A DNA stretch of 63,993 bases, counting the filler, from Pelomyxa schiedti (Eukaryota > Protista > Evosea), in the NCBI GenBank assembly GCA_020536535.1. It is 17 parts of 17 records of this genome, joined end to end, with 100 filler letters (N's around TTAATTAATTAA, not from the genome) between each part and the next. Parts side by side here need not be neighbours in the genome. Positions count along the whole stretch, not along the records: positions 8,794 to 16,327 come from JAHLWZ010001355.1; positions 16,428 to 18,106 come from JAHLWZ010002339.1; positions 18,207 to 19,212 come from JAHLWZ010003024.1; positions 19,313 to 20,944 come from JAHLWZ010002368.1; positions 21,045 to 23,019 come from JAHLWZ010002188.1; 12 more parts are not named here. One strand, given 5' to 3'. The notes under the pieces were generated by a model. The model searched no databases, was not told the DNA's origin, and worked only from the letters and a program-made list of their open reading frames with translations. The position numbers and the translations under genes were made by a program. Positions 9,449-21,709 of this stretch are shown in pieces. The stretch's first letter is position 1; each line of letters begins with the position of its first letter.

Positions 9449-11061
9449 ATGAACCGGGTGGTGGTGTGGTTGAGGTGGGTGATGGTGGTTGGGGTGGTGC
9501 TGGTGAGTGTCGGTTGGGTTTCCAACGGGCGCGCCTCTTCGTCTTCATCGTCGTCATACAGCGTTGAGGTGTTGTCGGTTGGGACCGTGCCGGTGGTGTC
9601 ATACTTGGACGGCACCTCGATGTACCAGCAGGCATTCAACCCCTCGATAGTTGTGCCTCTCGTTACTGGGAAACAGCCGGGCCTCATTGTGAGGTCACAG
9701 GTACCTGCTTGTCCCATGCTGCATGTGTTGCGATTTTAATGTCATGGTGTTAAATATGAAGACTGAATTTTTTATTTACTAACCTTCAAACTAATTTCTC
9801 TCTTTAGAATTGCACGGCAGTCCCTGGTGGTGAGTGTACTTACTGCTCCGGGGCAGACAGCCACGCCAGTGTACTGACCTTGGCATCTCTAAAGCAGTCC
9901 TCGGACTGTATGTTTTACGCGCCATTCCCTTTTTTTTCCCATTCAACGCCTTTCTGACCTTCATTGCTAGTGTGCACTGATCCGGTGTTTGATATTATTG
10001 ACAAATCTACCATCGTTTTTTCACCTGAAGAAGGATTGAGCATGGAGAAGTACGGCACAGAAGACCCGCGCATTGCTTACGACAAGAGCACTGGATTGTA
10101 CTACATGTAGTGCTACCCCCGCAATGAATTGCCAGTTAACGCACTCGGTAGGTTCTACACCTGCTACGGTCCGACTGATATCCTGCTGTGCCTTGCAACT
10201 ACAATGGATCCAACATCACCTGACGGTTGGACTCGCGTTGGTCCCATTTTTCCTGACCAACAAGTTTGTACTCCCTCACTCTTTCATTTCTCGGTTGTTT
10301 ATCACTCAACAGGGAAGCAAAAGCGGTGCTCTGTTAATCCGGGAAAGTGGTCCCCATTACTTGTTCTGGGGAGCCGGTGAAGTCAGGGTCACCACCTCCA
10401 AGGATCCAACAGTCTGGCCTTCAATAGGTACAATACACAACAAAACGCCAACCCCAATTTTATGTTTACCACCACCTCTTCACTTTTCCTCCTCGCAGGC
10501 GACATGTTCCTCCAACCGCGGGCGGACAACTTTGATTCGCAGGGCGTTGAGAGTGGTCCACCACCTCTTCTCCTCTCCGATGGCAACTACTTCTTCATCT
10601 ACAATTCCTGGAACAACACATGGCCCACTGACCCCACTGCCGGTATGTTCTGAAGTCACTTCATCATCTTACCAGCAACACACTCTCCCATTTCCCTCTC
10701 ACCCACCCTCTCACCCACCCACACACACATGACAACACACGAACACATCATAACCCTAACAACAACACCCTAACACCAACCAACCAACCACCACACAGAA
10801 TACCACCCAGCGTGGGTTATTCTTGATGGCACGACGCCGAGCACGATCATACAGCGAGCGAGCGAGCCGTTCATGCACCCAACGCAGGCATGGGAGCAAG
10901 GCGTGTACCCGTACACCTGCAACGCACCCAGGGTCGTGTTCGTCGAGGCTGCCGTCGCTTGTGGTGACAGTGACGACGTGTTCAGGATATTCTATGGTGG
11001 TGCTGATGCCGTCGTGGGCACTGCCCTCATTCACGTCTCAATCAGCCAACAAGCAAAGTAA
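9449..11061 (+). CDS. Secreted glycoside hydrolase family 130 (DUF377, five-bladed propeller) protein; multi-exon
   Basis: Signal peptide, then AFNPS, GTEDPRIAY, FYTCY, KSGALL, FDSQGVESGPPP, YHPAWVILD and RIFYGGADAVVGTA across GT-AG-bounded exons, in GH130 motif order. Confidence 0.85.
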
Positions 11062-12080
11062 CTTTTAAAAAACCAATTGACCAGTCAACCCTCCTCCCAT
11101 TTTCCCTTCTACCGAAAAGAAAATCGAAACCATAAAAATTAAAAACTATTGGCACTACAAGCCGAGCCGAAACACCGACAATACGTATTATAACAACGTC
11201 ACTTGTTTAAGGTATGAACACAATGCTCTTTTTAAGGTACATTGCACACAGTGATCGTGCCGATGTCTGTTGTTTTGTTTTCCGCACATCGCACAAGGTC
11301 GCAATCACGCTGCCAACAAACAAAAACCATGTACCTTGCTGTTTTACAAAACAACTCGTTTTCTCGAATCTAGTACGAACACTTACCAACACACAACATA
11401 GCTCTGCACCACCAAATCTCACTTTGTGGCTCTTTCTCTGTTGGATGGATGTATATTGGCTATAATCTCTTCTAAAAAGGGGATTTTCGAATGCAAACAA
11501 AGCTAAATTGGCTTGCCCAACCAAGAAGGTAATAAACCCTCTCAAATATAATAACCCAACTCACATTTCTCCAGAAAAACAAAGCACTCTACGAATTGAT
11601 TGATATGTGTGGCTTGCTCTCTGAAATTGCAAAGTGCTAGTACAAGAATTCTCAACACAAATCGGGACCACAGGGAAAAGGGGAGGATTTTCTCAAGTAC
11701 CTGGCCCACTGACAAGCACAAACACATCCACATCGGCCGCGGCAAAAAAGAACTGCTGGCACCAGTCGAAAAGGAAGCACTACTAGTAGTACTACAACAA
11801 ACAAGTTCAACAACGACCAATGTCAAACAACAAATTCGGGGGACCACAGGGAACAGGGGAGGATTTCTCAGTACCTGGCCCCCAAAATTCCATTGCGATT
11901 GCAGAAAGAAGAAGGACAACAACAACAGGTGTGTTTGTGTTTGGTGCCTGCCACAAAAGAGAGTCTCCAAACCACACTGTATGCATATCATCATCAAAAT
12001 CGGCCTTTTTTACTATGTTTCTTTTTTGCTGGGTTTTTATTTTGTACACAGTATTTCTATTTTTCCTCTTGGTGGCGGCA

Positions 12081-12614
12081 CTAACCGGTGCCCTTGCCTT
12101 GGACCAACACACAACCAACGAAACCGTCATGAGTGGTGGTGCCTACCGTAGTTGGGGTGTCGTCGTAAGCGGGTGGCAGGGCTGGCGACCAGGCGACTTG
12201 GGCTGGAGAGGCGGCAGGGGCCGCAGCGGGCCGGGGCGGGGTGCAGGCGGCGCCGGTGGAGCCACCGCGGCGTCGGGGGAGCGTGATATGGGCCGAGGCG
12301 GGGGCAGGCTCGAAAGCCGGCGAGGTGTACGGCGCGGTGCCAGTGCCCTCGGGCGGTGGAGCGGCGGCGCCCCCGACGATTTTTCGCCGGCTCTCGTGCG
12401 TGATACAGCGCAAGGAGGAGGAGGAGGAGGCGGGAGTCTTCGGGGCGGTCATGGGGGAGGCCGCTGGGGTGGCAGAGGGGGGCCGAGCCTGCAGTGGAGG
12501 GGGTACCGCCGGAGAAGCTTGCACTTCCTGAGACGGCGCGTTTATTATTTGGTGCATTGCCCAGTGACGGCCCACAGGATATTCTGAAGAAAATTGAAGG
12601 GTACACTTATTCAT
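12081..12614 (-). CDS. Possible 5' exon of a Pro/Ala/Ser-rich hypothetical protein
   Basis: GC-rich 177-aa ORF with coding-like low complexity; downstream exons not resolved. Confidence 0.3.
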   Translation of the reverse strand: MNKCTLQFSSEYPVGRHWAMHQIINAPSQEVQASPAVPPPLQARPPSATPAASPMTAPKTPASSSSSLRCITHESRRKIVGGAAAPPPEGTGTAPYTSPAFEPAPASAHITLPRRRGGSTGAACTPPRPAAAPAASPAQVAWSPALPPAYDDTPTTVGTTTHDGFVGCVLVQGKGTG

Positions 12615-12687
12615 GCCCCAAACGAGATGACGCTACACGTATCATACATCGTGAATAGTATTAAATTGCCCTAGGTCCAAGTGCGTG

Positions 12688-12846
12688 ATTGTCGCTGGAC
12701 CTCGTCTTTATGTGGACCGCGAAGATAAATCAGATTGCACTACAATCACAAATTTTCAGAGTTCTATCCTCCCAAACAAGTTGTGTGATTGTAGTGCAAT
12801 CTGATTTATCTTCGCGGTCCACATAAAGACGAGGTCCAGCGACAAT
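12688..12846. repeat. Perfect 63-bp inverted repeat with 33-nt spacer (MITE-like or hairpin RNA)
   Basis: 12688-12750 is the exact reverse complement of 12784-12846. No target-site duplication seen. Confidence 0.95.
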
Positions 12847-12851
12847 TCGAA

Positions 12852-15440
12852 ATGTGTCTAACTCCATCAAGGGACAGGATAACAGAAAGGAATGGGCATC
12901 TCTATGTCCGTTTCTACTCCCAAGACCATGCTGAAATCAATACAAAGACTACATGGAGGAATTCAAAAGTCGTTTTCACTGTCACACCGTCTCCAGAATT
13001 CAGGACACTCCACAACGTTCCTGTTAAACACTATAAAGATGAAGATTTAGAGCCCAAAGCACCACAAAAGAAAAGAGCACGTACATCCCCAAGTGCACCA
13101 CTAGTCTCTGCCAAGTGTGGATCTACAGCCCCACAAAAACCTACCAAAGAAGATGAGAAAGTGAAGAAAGTGAACCAGGTTCATCCAAGCTGATTTTGCC
13201 GCCTCCTAACCAAATTCAGGGTGATCTGAGTGTCACTACCACCATTCCCGTAGAGCATCATCCAGAAAAGGATATGTATGGTGTCGTTGAGGAAGAGGCT
13301 GACTTGCAGAGGATTAATGCACAATTAGAATGCGCAGTTAAGGTCAGTTCCATAAATCGCAAACCAAAAAATGCAATACTCACTCTTGAACTCTCTCCCC
13401 CAAAAACACCCAACAACAGAAGTTGGAACAGAGAGACCGGGAGGCAAAGTCCTGGGTCGAGCAAAGACGTAAGGAGTTGAATAGCGAGGCACTCAAGACT
13501 TACACTAGCCTGAAGACTGCACAGAAGGCAGTCCATGAATTCCAAGCGCTGGAAGAAACGCTGAAAAAAGAGGCAACTGTTAAAGTCAGTAACCTGAAAC
13601 GGTGCACACTGCATGTGCAGGTTTGTGTTAAACACTCTTGGCGACTGTATTTGACTTACTGTGCGAACAGGACCTTGAGGACGGAACTGCCACCGGCGCC
13701 ACCACCACAACCACTGTCCCCCAAGAGCATGAGCATCGTCATCCAGAGGCTGCTATGATGGACGGAAACGAGGAGGAGGAAAGCAGTGGCCTCCTCAGCC
13801 AACTCAAGCCGGACATCGAGGCGGTGAAGCAAAGTCAATCCAAGGAGTTGCAGAGGATTAATGCACAATTAGAATGCACAGTTACGGTATGTGATGCTAC
13901 CATACTTAGCACCCACCTAACAAGCACTCAGAAAGTCAGAGAGAAGTATGCGTTTATCATGCGGTGAGTAAAGGTTGACTGCCAGAAAATTTCCCGCTGT
14001 ACTAGTTCCTACTCCAGCTTGGAAGAAATTACGATGCTTATGGAGGAGTTTCACCACCTGGAGGTGCGGCTTTCGTCTTCACTGGTACATGAATTATCGA
14101 GTGTGTTCGTTTCATGCTGCAAAATTCAGGTTTAGCCTTTTATTACCATTTGATACAAAGCCAACTTCACTTCACTGCATCTCTTCTCCACAAACCACAA
14201 GTATCAACCACTCACTTGTGCAGCATGGACTTGTAGGGGTGAAAGTCATGCCGGGAACTTCAACTTCAAGTTACTATATAATTAGTACCTTATGTAAGAC
14301 CCTGGTTAAGAGGAGAGTCGCACTGGACAATGAGCTTATTGGGTGGTCTAAGACTGGTGTTTATTTGCAAGTGAGCTACCTAAATGTTCATCGAGAAGAT
14401 TTTAATATTCCAATAGGACAAACATAAAGATTTTCTCACCGATGTTGCACAAATAAACGTGGTGCTGAGGTCCATAATGGCGGCTTTCCCTACTCTTGAA
14501 AGAAAAATTCAGAACCTGGAAAATCTGGAACAGAGTGGCCAGGACCTTACCACAGTAGCTGGAGCCCAGCGTCGGCAGATCCTGAAGGTGTCAGAATTAT
14601 ATGGAAACCTACAAAAAGACGGCCTTGTACCAGAGCAATGTGTACAGCACTATGGTGAACTATGTAAAAGCTGGGAGCTATGCCAAACGTATCTTGAGAA
14701 GTATCTGAATAGTATTAAATTGCAACAGCATCAAGAAAAGGAGGAACAACTATGGAAGTACATTCCCCCTATGAATACTGTTTTGTAACATTCAAACAAA
14801 GGTTTTTGCAGGATGCTAGAGTAAATTTCCCAAGAAGTGCCGAGGTATGACATTCCCCTGGGAGAGGCCCACACAGTGTCTCACCGGTTAACACCTTTCA
14901 GATTGTCGATGTTCAAGGGACAGAGATGCTGCACGAACTTTATCAGCTGCAGCGAGAACTTTCTATGATGCCAGAGCAGCCCACAGAGGTGGCCCTGAAC
15001 AATGTTGAGTGGTGTGACTTCAACCTCCGGGCATTGCTCTTCGACATAGTAGGTCACACTGTATCTTCATTGTAACTTACTTCATGCAGAAAAAAGCAGC
15101 TTCCATGACCAGACCTCAGAATTCCCCTGATCTTCGTCGTACATATGCAAAACCCATTGATATCGCCTCGCCTACCGCGGCCGCAAACACACACACGGAA
15201 CCCCCTGTTGCAGAACAGGCACATCCACGACGCAAAACGGAGCCCGCAAAACCCACGCCCCTCACCAGAAAAAACGCGTGCACTTTGCTCCAACAAGTAC
15301 CACAACCACAGCAAACACACACCGCCATTCACACTCAGACTCGGAACCCCCGCACAGCAACACCCAACTCAAGTCACCCTTCAGCCCACAAGAACAACAC
15401 TCAGAAATACAAGGTAACCACCAACAAACAAATCCGTTGA
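12852..15440 (+). CDS. Multi-exon hypothetical coiled-coil protein
   Basis: Exon-like ORFs (12852, 13196, 13423, 13638, 14459, 15084) can be linked by canonical GT-AG introns; the segment LQRINAQLEC(A/T)V occurs twice. No family recognised and the model is approximate. Confidence 0.5.
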
Positions 15441-16427
15441 GCAACAGCATAGAAGCCTGACCCACTACATATTCCCATTCACCAACAGCAGAACAACAGC
15501 TACGAGGAGTGGTCGTTGTTCCCATGTGCATACTGAGCCATATGTGTTTAAAAGAACAATTTTTCAGTTTTTGACAAGAAATTTGGTAGCTACACGACGC
15601 TCGTAATAGCGACTTAGCTTTGCAAACAAAAACAAGTTCCCTGAAGTGTCTGATGGCATGCACCCTGAGCCCAAAGTGTGCAAGTTCCCCAATTTGGATG
15701 GGATCGGGGAGATTTAACACAATTTGTGTGAACATTGGAGAGCTGAATTTAGGGATCTCTCCATCCCACTAAGTCAGACTCAGAAGTCGATTAGCTCCAA
15801 CCGGGAAGGGCCAACGCGCCCAGGATTAATTAACTGAGTTGATTGTTTATACACTTGTCTCCTCTCAGTTGGTGCCGACTGCAGCAAGACGATCTGACTT
15901 GGTGATGAGAGTGTGGATTTTCGGGGAACATGTTGTTTCAGATATCTTCCATTTCCAGTTGCAAAGAAGAAGAACAAATAAAATTTAATGCCGTTTGGTT
16001 GCCGGGTGTGGTGCGTGTCACGCGGGTGGGTGGGTGACTGGTGCGACAGACCGTCGCATTTTGGTGCCATGTCAGAACGTTCTGTTGTTTGGTATCGGTT
16101 TTTTTTTTCCCGATGTTTTCTTTGTTTGTTTATAATTTTATTGTGTTTTGTCCACCGGTCTTTTGTTGTTGTTTCTCGGTTTTTTTCCCGAACTGTTGAG
16201 GCAACGCTTCAATCAGTTCTTTTTGTTTTGCTTTGTTTTTCGTGTTTGTTTTATTTCGTTTTCGTTTAGCTTAGTCTTCTTTCTGTTTTTGTTCTTGTTC
16301 TCACAACAACACAGGTCATTGAAGATTNNNNNNNNNNNNNNNNNNNNNNNNNNNNNNNNNNNNNNNNNNNNTTAATTAATTAANNNNNNNNNNNNNNNNN
16401 NNNNNNNNNNNNNNNNNNNNNNNNNNN

Positions 16428-17821
16428 AATTGACCGCGACATGGAAAGTACATCCTCTTCTCTTTTTTGCAGTCTTGACCTCAACTCGTCGAATTCTTGG
16501 TGAACGGTCTCTTCAAACTTGTTGTGAACCTTTTTCTTTGTTTCAGGACGAAAGGATTAAATCAAGGAATGGGTGGGTCCAGACCAGTTTTAAGTTTGCG
16601 CTCTCGTACTTTATGGAGCCGGCCAATAAATTCAAATCGGTTTCCAGTTTCGCCAGTCGTAACAGAAATCCCATTGCATGTGGTTTCTTTTTCAAGCAAA
16701 TATCTTCAACTCTTGCGGTGCGATGCCCCTTTTGGGTGTTAATTTTAAGCAAGAGAATAATGTCGAGATAAACAACATCATGCAAAGAAGCGCATTTCTG
16801 GCAAAGGAAACTGCCATCCGTTTCGCACACAAAGTCAATTGGAAGCTGGTGACTTTCACACATCCTCATTCGAGATTGAGTTGGGCTCAAGACTGACAAG
16901 TGGCTTTCTGTTTGATATTTTAGGATATACACACACATGAGGGGTAAATACCCTGTGTAACATGAGGAACCAGTTCAACACCAGAAGAAGAATAAGAAGA
17001 AGGATCGGCCTTGACATGAGATATCATCCATGGGGCCCAGTGAACTTTGGGCCAACACGATCCACAGTACATCATCGGGGTGGTGCCACCCTCGGGCAAC
17101 ATCTTGGTGCACTCAGCGCACATGAATTTGGCTGCGACGCCACCAGAACCCGACCTCGGCGTGTCCGCGGGGGCAATCCTTCCTCCGCTTCGGGTCAGTC
17201 GGCGTTGGGCTCTCTGATGCATCCTCCTGCTCTTGGTCTTGCTCCGTCGTGGCCACCTCTATCTCCTTCTCCTTCTTCACCACACAGGGTTTGTCCATTG
17301 GTGCCTCGTGGAGTGCACTTGCCGGCGGCGGCGCGGTTTCCGCCGGCCCGGGGACACTCGCCGCAACGACAACGAGTGGCTGTACTCTCGCGGGCCTGGT
17401 GCAACCACACAGCGAGCACCACACCCGAATGAAGTCCGCAGGATCACGACGTGGATCAGCCACAGCGGAGTCGGGAGCTGGTTCTGAAGGCGGCGACGCA
17501 GCCAGCGTCGCCATCGTCATCATCGTCGTCGGGATCGTAGGCGGCGGGGGGGGACAGCGAAGAAATGTCCCCCGTGAAGGTGACCGCCGCGGCGCTGCAC
17601 TCGGCGCACACCGGGTGCCCGCACGTCGGCACCACGACGACGACGACAACAACGGCCGATGACGACGAGGGGGCACCGCGGTCGGGGCACGGGGGGCGCG
17701 GCCAGAGGCAGGGGCAGCGGCACACGGAGCAGCGACCTCCCCAGCGCTCCCTGCTCACACTTGGTATCTCGTGGTGTGCCGTGGTGGGCCAGGAGGGCCG
17801 CGGGGAAGATGCTGCGGACAT
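16428..17821 (-). CDS. TRIM-like RING - B-box1 - B-box2 - coiled-coil protein, apparently frameshifted twice; 3' partial
   Basis: CSVC...CGHPVCAEC (frame A), WCSLC...CPRGH (frame B), AKFMCAEC...YCGSC...VH...SH (frame C), then CESHQLPIDFVCETDGSFLCQKCASLHD|GHRT after a 48-nt in-frame intron, then a helical segment. Confidence 0.7.
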
Positions 17822-18206
17822 CGAGGTACAATCGAAGCAAGACACGGCCTCTGACTCACCGTGTTGTCTTCGGAATGCTCGGCTACGCGAATTCTGACAC
17901 CAATACCTCGCCGGGGAAGTTGTAGTGGCCTAGGATTTTTGGAAGAACAGGAGGGAACTGGGTCCTGGCTAGTTGATGTTCTGGTTTCTGGCGTTTCCCC
18001 GAAGATGACCACGTTTAAATCAGCAACAGGAAACGGGGCGCACACGTTGTCGCGGACGAAAAATAAAAGAAAAAAAATGAGTCCCACAAACACAACAAAA
18101 CAAAAANNNNNNNNNNNNNNNNNNNNNNNNNNNNNNNNNNNNNNNNNNNNTTAATTAATTAANNNNNNNNNNNNNNNNNNNNNNNNNNNNNNNNNNNNNN
18201 NNNNNN

Positions 18207-18882
18207 CAATCAGGTAGTGCAAGCTGGATCCAAGCAGTTCCATGCCATACCTCTGTGCCCACCACCTCACGTCGTGCGTCAGAGTCATCAGCAACATCGA
18301 CACGCCAAACGTGACCATCAGAGGCGGGACGTAGGGCGCGTCCTCGTCGTCACAGTCGCTGTCCCAGATGACACAGTAGAACCTCGAGTTGGCGGCAATC
18401 CACTCCCACACCAGCCTCACAGCCAGCGCGGGCGCATCACCAACGCAGCGCACCGGGATTGCCGTTGCCGTCGATATCGCCGTTGCTGCAGCTGCCCCCA
18501 TTACCCTGCGCAGCGGGCACGCGGCGCCGCAGCGGGGGTGCAGCCCCGCGCACAGGGCGGCGACTTGGTCCCTCGCGGTCGCCTTCCTCGTTGTGGTGGT
18601 AACCTTTGTTGTGACGGTCGTGAGCGCGTGGGGGCCGGCGGCGGATGTGGTCGTGTGGGTAGTGCGTGTGGCCGGGGCGACGGCGACAAGCCCCCCGATT
18701 TGTTGATGCTGCTGCTGTTGTTGTTGACGATGACGCTGCGGCTGTTGTTGATGTAACTCCTGCTGTTGTTGCTGGTGTCGGTCATTTGGGAGGGCGTTGT
18801 TGTTGGTGGTGGTGGTGGTTGTGATGGTGGTGAACAGGGTGGACGGTCTCCTTTTGTGTGGTGGCGACGTCGATGATGGCAT
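18207..18882 (-). CDS. Family X copy 3; 3' partial
   Basis: Poly-T/Q N-terminus, then TARDQVAALCAGLHPRCGAACPLR...VWEW...VTFGVSMLL; runs into the linker. Confidence 0.7.
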
Positions 18883-19061
18883 TGTTTTTCTCGACTTCGG
18901 CCAAAAAAAAAAGAAAAAAGGACAGTGGTTTGAGAGGGGCAGCACGAAATAGACTTCAGTCATTGGACAGTTCCCAGTTGCATTAACCAACAGAGACCCC
19001 TGTACATTCCCACGTGACGTTTGTAGATCAGAGCTGTTCTGCAATCACTTTTTGAGTAAAA

Positions 19062-19212
19062 ATGGCTGGTGTGGAGTCCGTTGATGGCGGTGGTGGTGTG
19101 TACACGGGGCGGCTGGTCAACAACAAGCGAGACGGCAGGGGCAAGCTCGCGTGGCAGGAGCCCGACGGGCAGCACACCTACGACGGCGACTGGCGCGACG
19201 GCCAGCGCCACG
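19062..19212 (+). CDS. MORN-repeat protein, 5' fragment
   Basis: MAGVESVDGGGGVYTGRLVNNKRDGRGKLAW...TYDGDWRDGQRH; head-to-head with family X copy 3. Confidence 0.7.
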
Positions 19213-19312
19213 NNNNNNNNNNNNNNNNNNNNNNNNNNNNNNNNNNNNNNNNNNNNTTAATTAATTAANNNNNNNNNNNNNNNNNNNNNNNNNNNNNNNN
19301 NNNNNNNNNNNN

Positions 19313-19442
19313 AGCAGTAGGAGCCCGACCACCGATCGATCGCCGCGCAGCAGACCGCCATCGCCTGCGACTTGGCCGTGGTTACATTATGGGTCTGCGA
19401 AATGAACGCGGGCCGCGCACCACCAGACGCGTTTGAGCCCAT
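19313..19442 (-). CDS. Probable family X N-terminus (copy 4); 3' partial
   Basis: MGSNASGG...TTAKSQAMAVCCAAIDRWSG matches the family N-terminal T-A-[RK]-x-Q-h-x-A-h motif. Confidence 0.45.
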
Positions 19443-19496
19443 CAGATCAGATTTCCAAGAACCATCACACTCGAGAGTTAGTGAGAATCTAAAAAA

Positions 19497-20649
19497 ATGA
19501 GATCTGGGGATAGTAGCGCGGCGGTGCTGGGCGACCGGCATTTGTGGTTGCCTAGATTTGCTGTTGGGACGTCGTTAGGGGGTGTAGGCGGCGGTAGCGG
19601 TGGATCTGGCTGTTACGCTGCGGCAATAGCCCTCAACACCACGTTGCCTCCTTTTTTTGCGTGCGTCTGGCTGTCTGGTACGCGGATCGGCACTTTTAGA
19701 CTTTTTTACATACATACATAAATCGTACTTATTATGACTTTTTTTTTTTTGTTGCGACCCGCACCTTATTAATTTTCAAGCGAAGTTGAGAATTTGTGCT
19801 GACGGAGGAGCAAACCGAGTGGTGGAGTTTTTTAAACACCGGCAGGAAGACCCCTCAATGTACATATTAATCCGGAATAAATATATAAATATGTGTCCTT
19901 CTAACAATTCTAACAATTGCATTAGGTACTACCCTCATTGTATAATCGGGGATCTGGACTCGGTGACAAAAGAAACCATTGAATTCTTTTCTCCCTTTGT
20001 AACGACTGTTTCCCTTTTTTCTGCCCTTCCTGACAAGTTTTGAAGGGTTCACAAGTTGTACATGTTGAAGACCAGGATACTGACGACATCACAAAGGCTC
20101 TAAATTACACGTTTGAGAAACTTACATCGTCGCATTCCTCCAATAAAGCAAGCACAAGTATCCCTTACACTTTTTCTTTTCCTTAACCAAATACCAGCAT
20201 GACATTGCTGTTCTTGGGCCGCTTGGCCACAGTGTTTCCCAGGAGCTTGCCAATCTAAATGCACTGTTTCTTTTCCAGAGTGTTCCGTGAGTTTCAGCGA
20301 CTCTCGTCCAGTTTGTTAACACGATTCAGAAACGTGGAAATTACTTTCATGTCGAAGTACAATGTGGTGTGGCTAATATCCCCCGGGAATACAATTCTAC
20401 ACTGTCCAGTCAACTCCAAGTGTGGCATTATGCCGCTTTCATGCCGCTGTGACAGAGCCCACACCGCCGGACTGAAATGGGAACTTGGTGCGTAAACAAC
20501 CACCCACATCAATCAGGTCACTGATAATCGTTCAAGATGGACCACTTGAGTTTGGGCACCTGATCAGCAGTTCCAATGTAACAACAAGTGATTGTGTTAC
20601 AATAACAGTTTCACACCCGGTGCTGTGGCTCTTTGACCTTCTTCCTTGA
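19497..20649 (+). CDS. TPK1: Thiamine pyrophosphokinase; multi-exon
   Basis: IALNTTLP..W, RICADGGANR, IIGDLDSV, DQDTDDITKAL, CGIMPL, TAGLKWEL, LEFGHLISSSN and PVLWLF motifs in order; TGA at 20647-20649. Confidence 0.92.
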
Positions 20650-21709
20650 CTCAAGAACATTCCTCGTTTCCGACTTGTCACAAAGTTGAATTCGGAAACA
20701 CCCACAACACCCACACAAATGTTCCTCTAAGCTGGGACATACCACTTTTAAAGTTCAAAAAAGGAAGCTATCAATAAACCCAAAAAGTTATTATGACCTT
20801 ATCACATGATAATCAAAGGGATCCCTCATAAGTTCACAGAACCTGTGGCCACAGCAACGAAACACAAGGTCAAGAAAGCAGTTGCAATGTTGTTTCGAAG
20901 CACAAGAGCAATCAGCAAGCCCCGCCATTGTCTTCATGTTGGACNNNNNNNNNNNNNNNNNNNNNNNNNNNNNNNNNNNNNNNNNNNNTTAATTAATTAA
21001 NNNNNNNNNNNNNNNNNNNNNNNNNNNNNNNNNNNNNNNNNNNNAGCCCCAAGTGGGATATTGGGGCGCTGCATTCGTTGGGTCACTTTTGGGTGTTACG
21101 ATGAAAAACGGGTCGTGTATTTTGTAACTACCGCAGCGCACCCAGAGTTGCAGCTTTCTCCAGAGACTCAATTGCATTCAATTCCCACTTAAGTAACCTA
21201 GCTCCACCACTGGCGCAGTCCCACGGCAGGTCTCCGGTTCACCCTGCTTTAATGTATGTGGTTCCATGCTTTCGGTAGATTTTTTGGAAAATTGACAGAT
21301 GCGACAGGAGACATCACCCACCCCAAAACGCCTGCAAAACAGCACGGGGCACATCAGTTCTAGGTGGGGTTGCACTGGGACCATGGGTGCTCCTCCCGTT
21401 GTCGCGGTGTACACTCCCGAAGTGTCCATACATCGGCATCTGTGATCATATAATTCCTGGGTGGCCGGGGCATGTAGGCTTCATGTTGATTCTTTGGCAT
21501 CCAGTGTGAAACCCCTGGGGATCACTTTTTTGGAGGTTTGGCAGTGGTCCCTGCAGTCCACTCCGAGCTCAGAGCCATTCATGGATTTTACGGTCGGTAC
21601 AGACCTTCCATCGACGCAACGGCTGGAGCAAACGTGGAACGGCTGTTGGTGGGCCTTCTGTCCACGCCAAGGGACGGTTTGGCACGCGACTGCACGGCGG
21701 GTGATGTGT

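Noticed and set aside
12652-14723. 18-bp exact direct repeat TGAATAGTATTAAATTGC at 12652 and 14706 as a possible target-site duplication
   Set aside because: The second copy lies inside an apparently continuous exon, the motif is AT-rich, and no element end is seen at 14705; chance cannot be excluded.
15262-16270. Minus-strand ORF 15262-15735 and nearby T-rich ORFs
   Set aside because: No family signal or consistent exon chain; the T-rich ORFs reflect low-complexity intergenic sequence.
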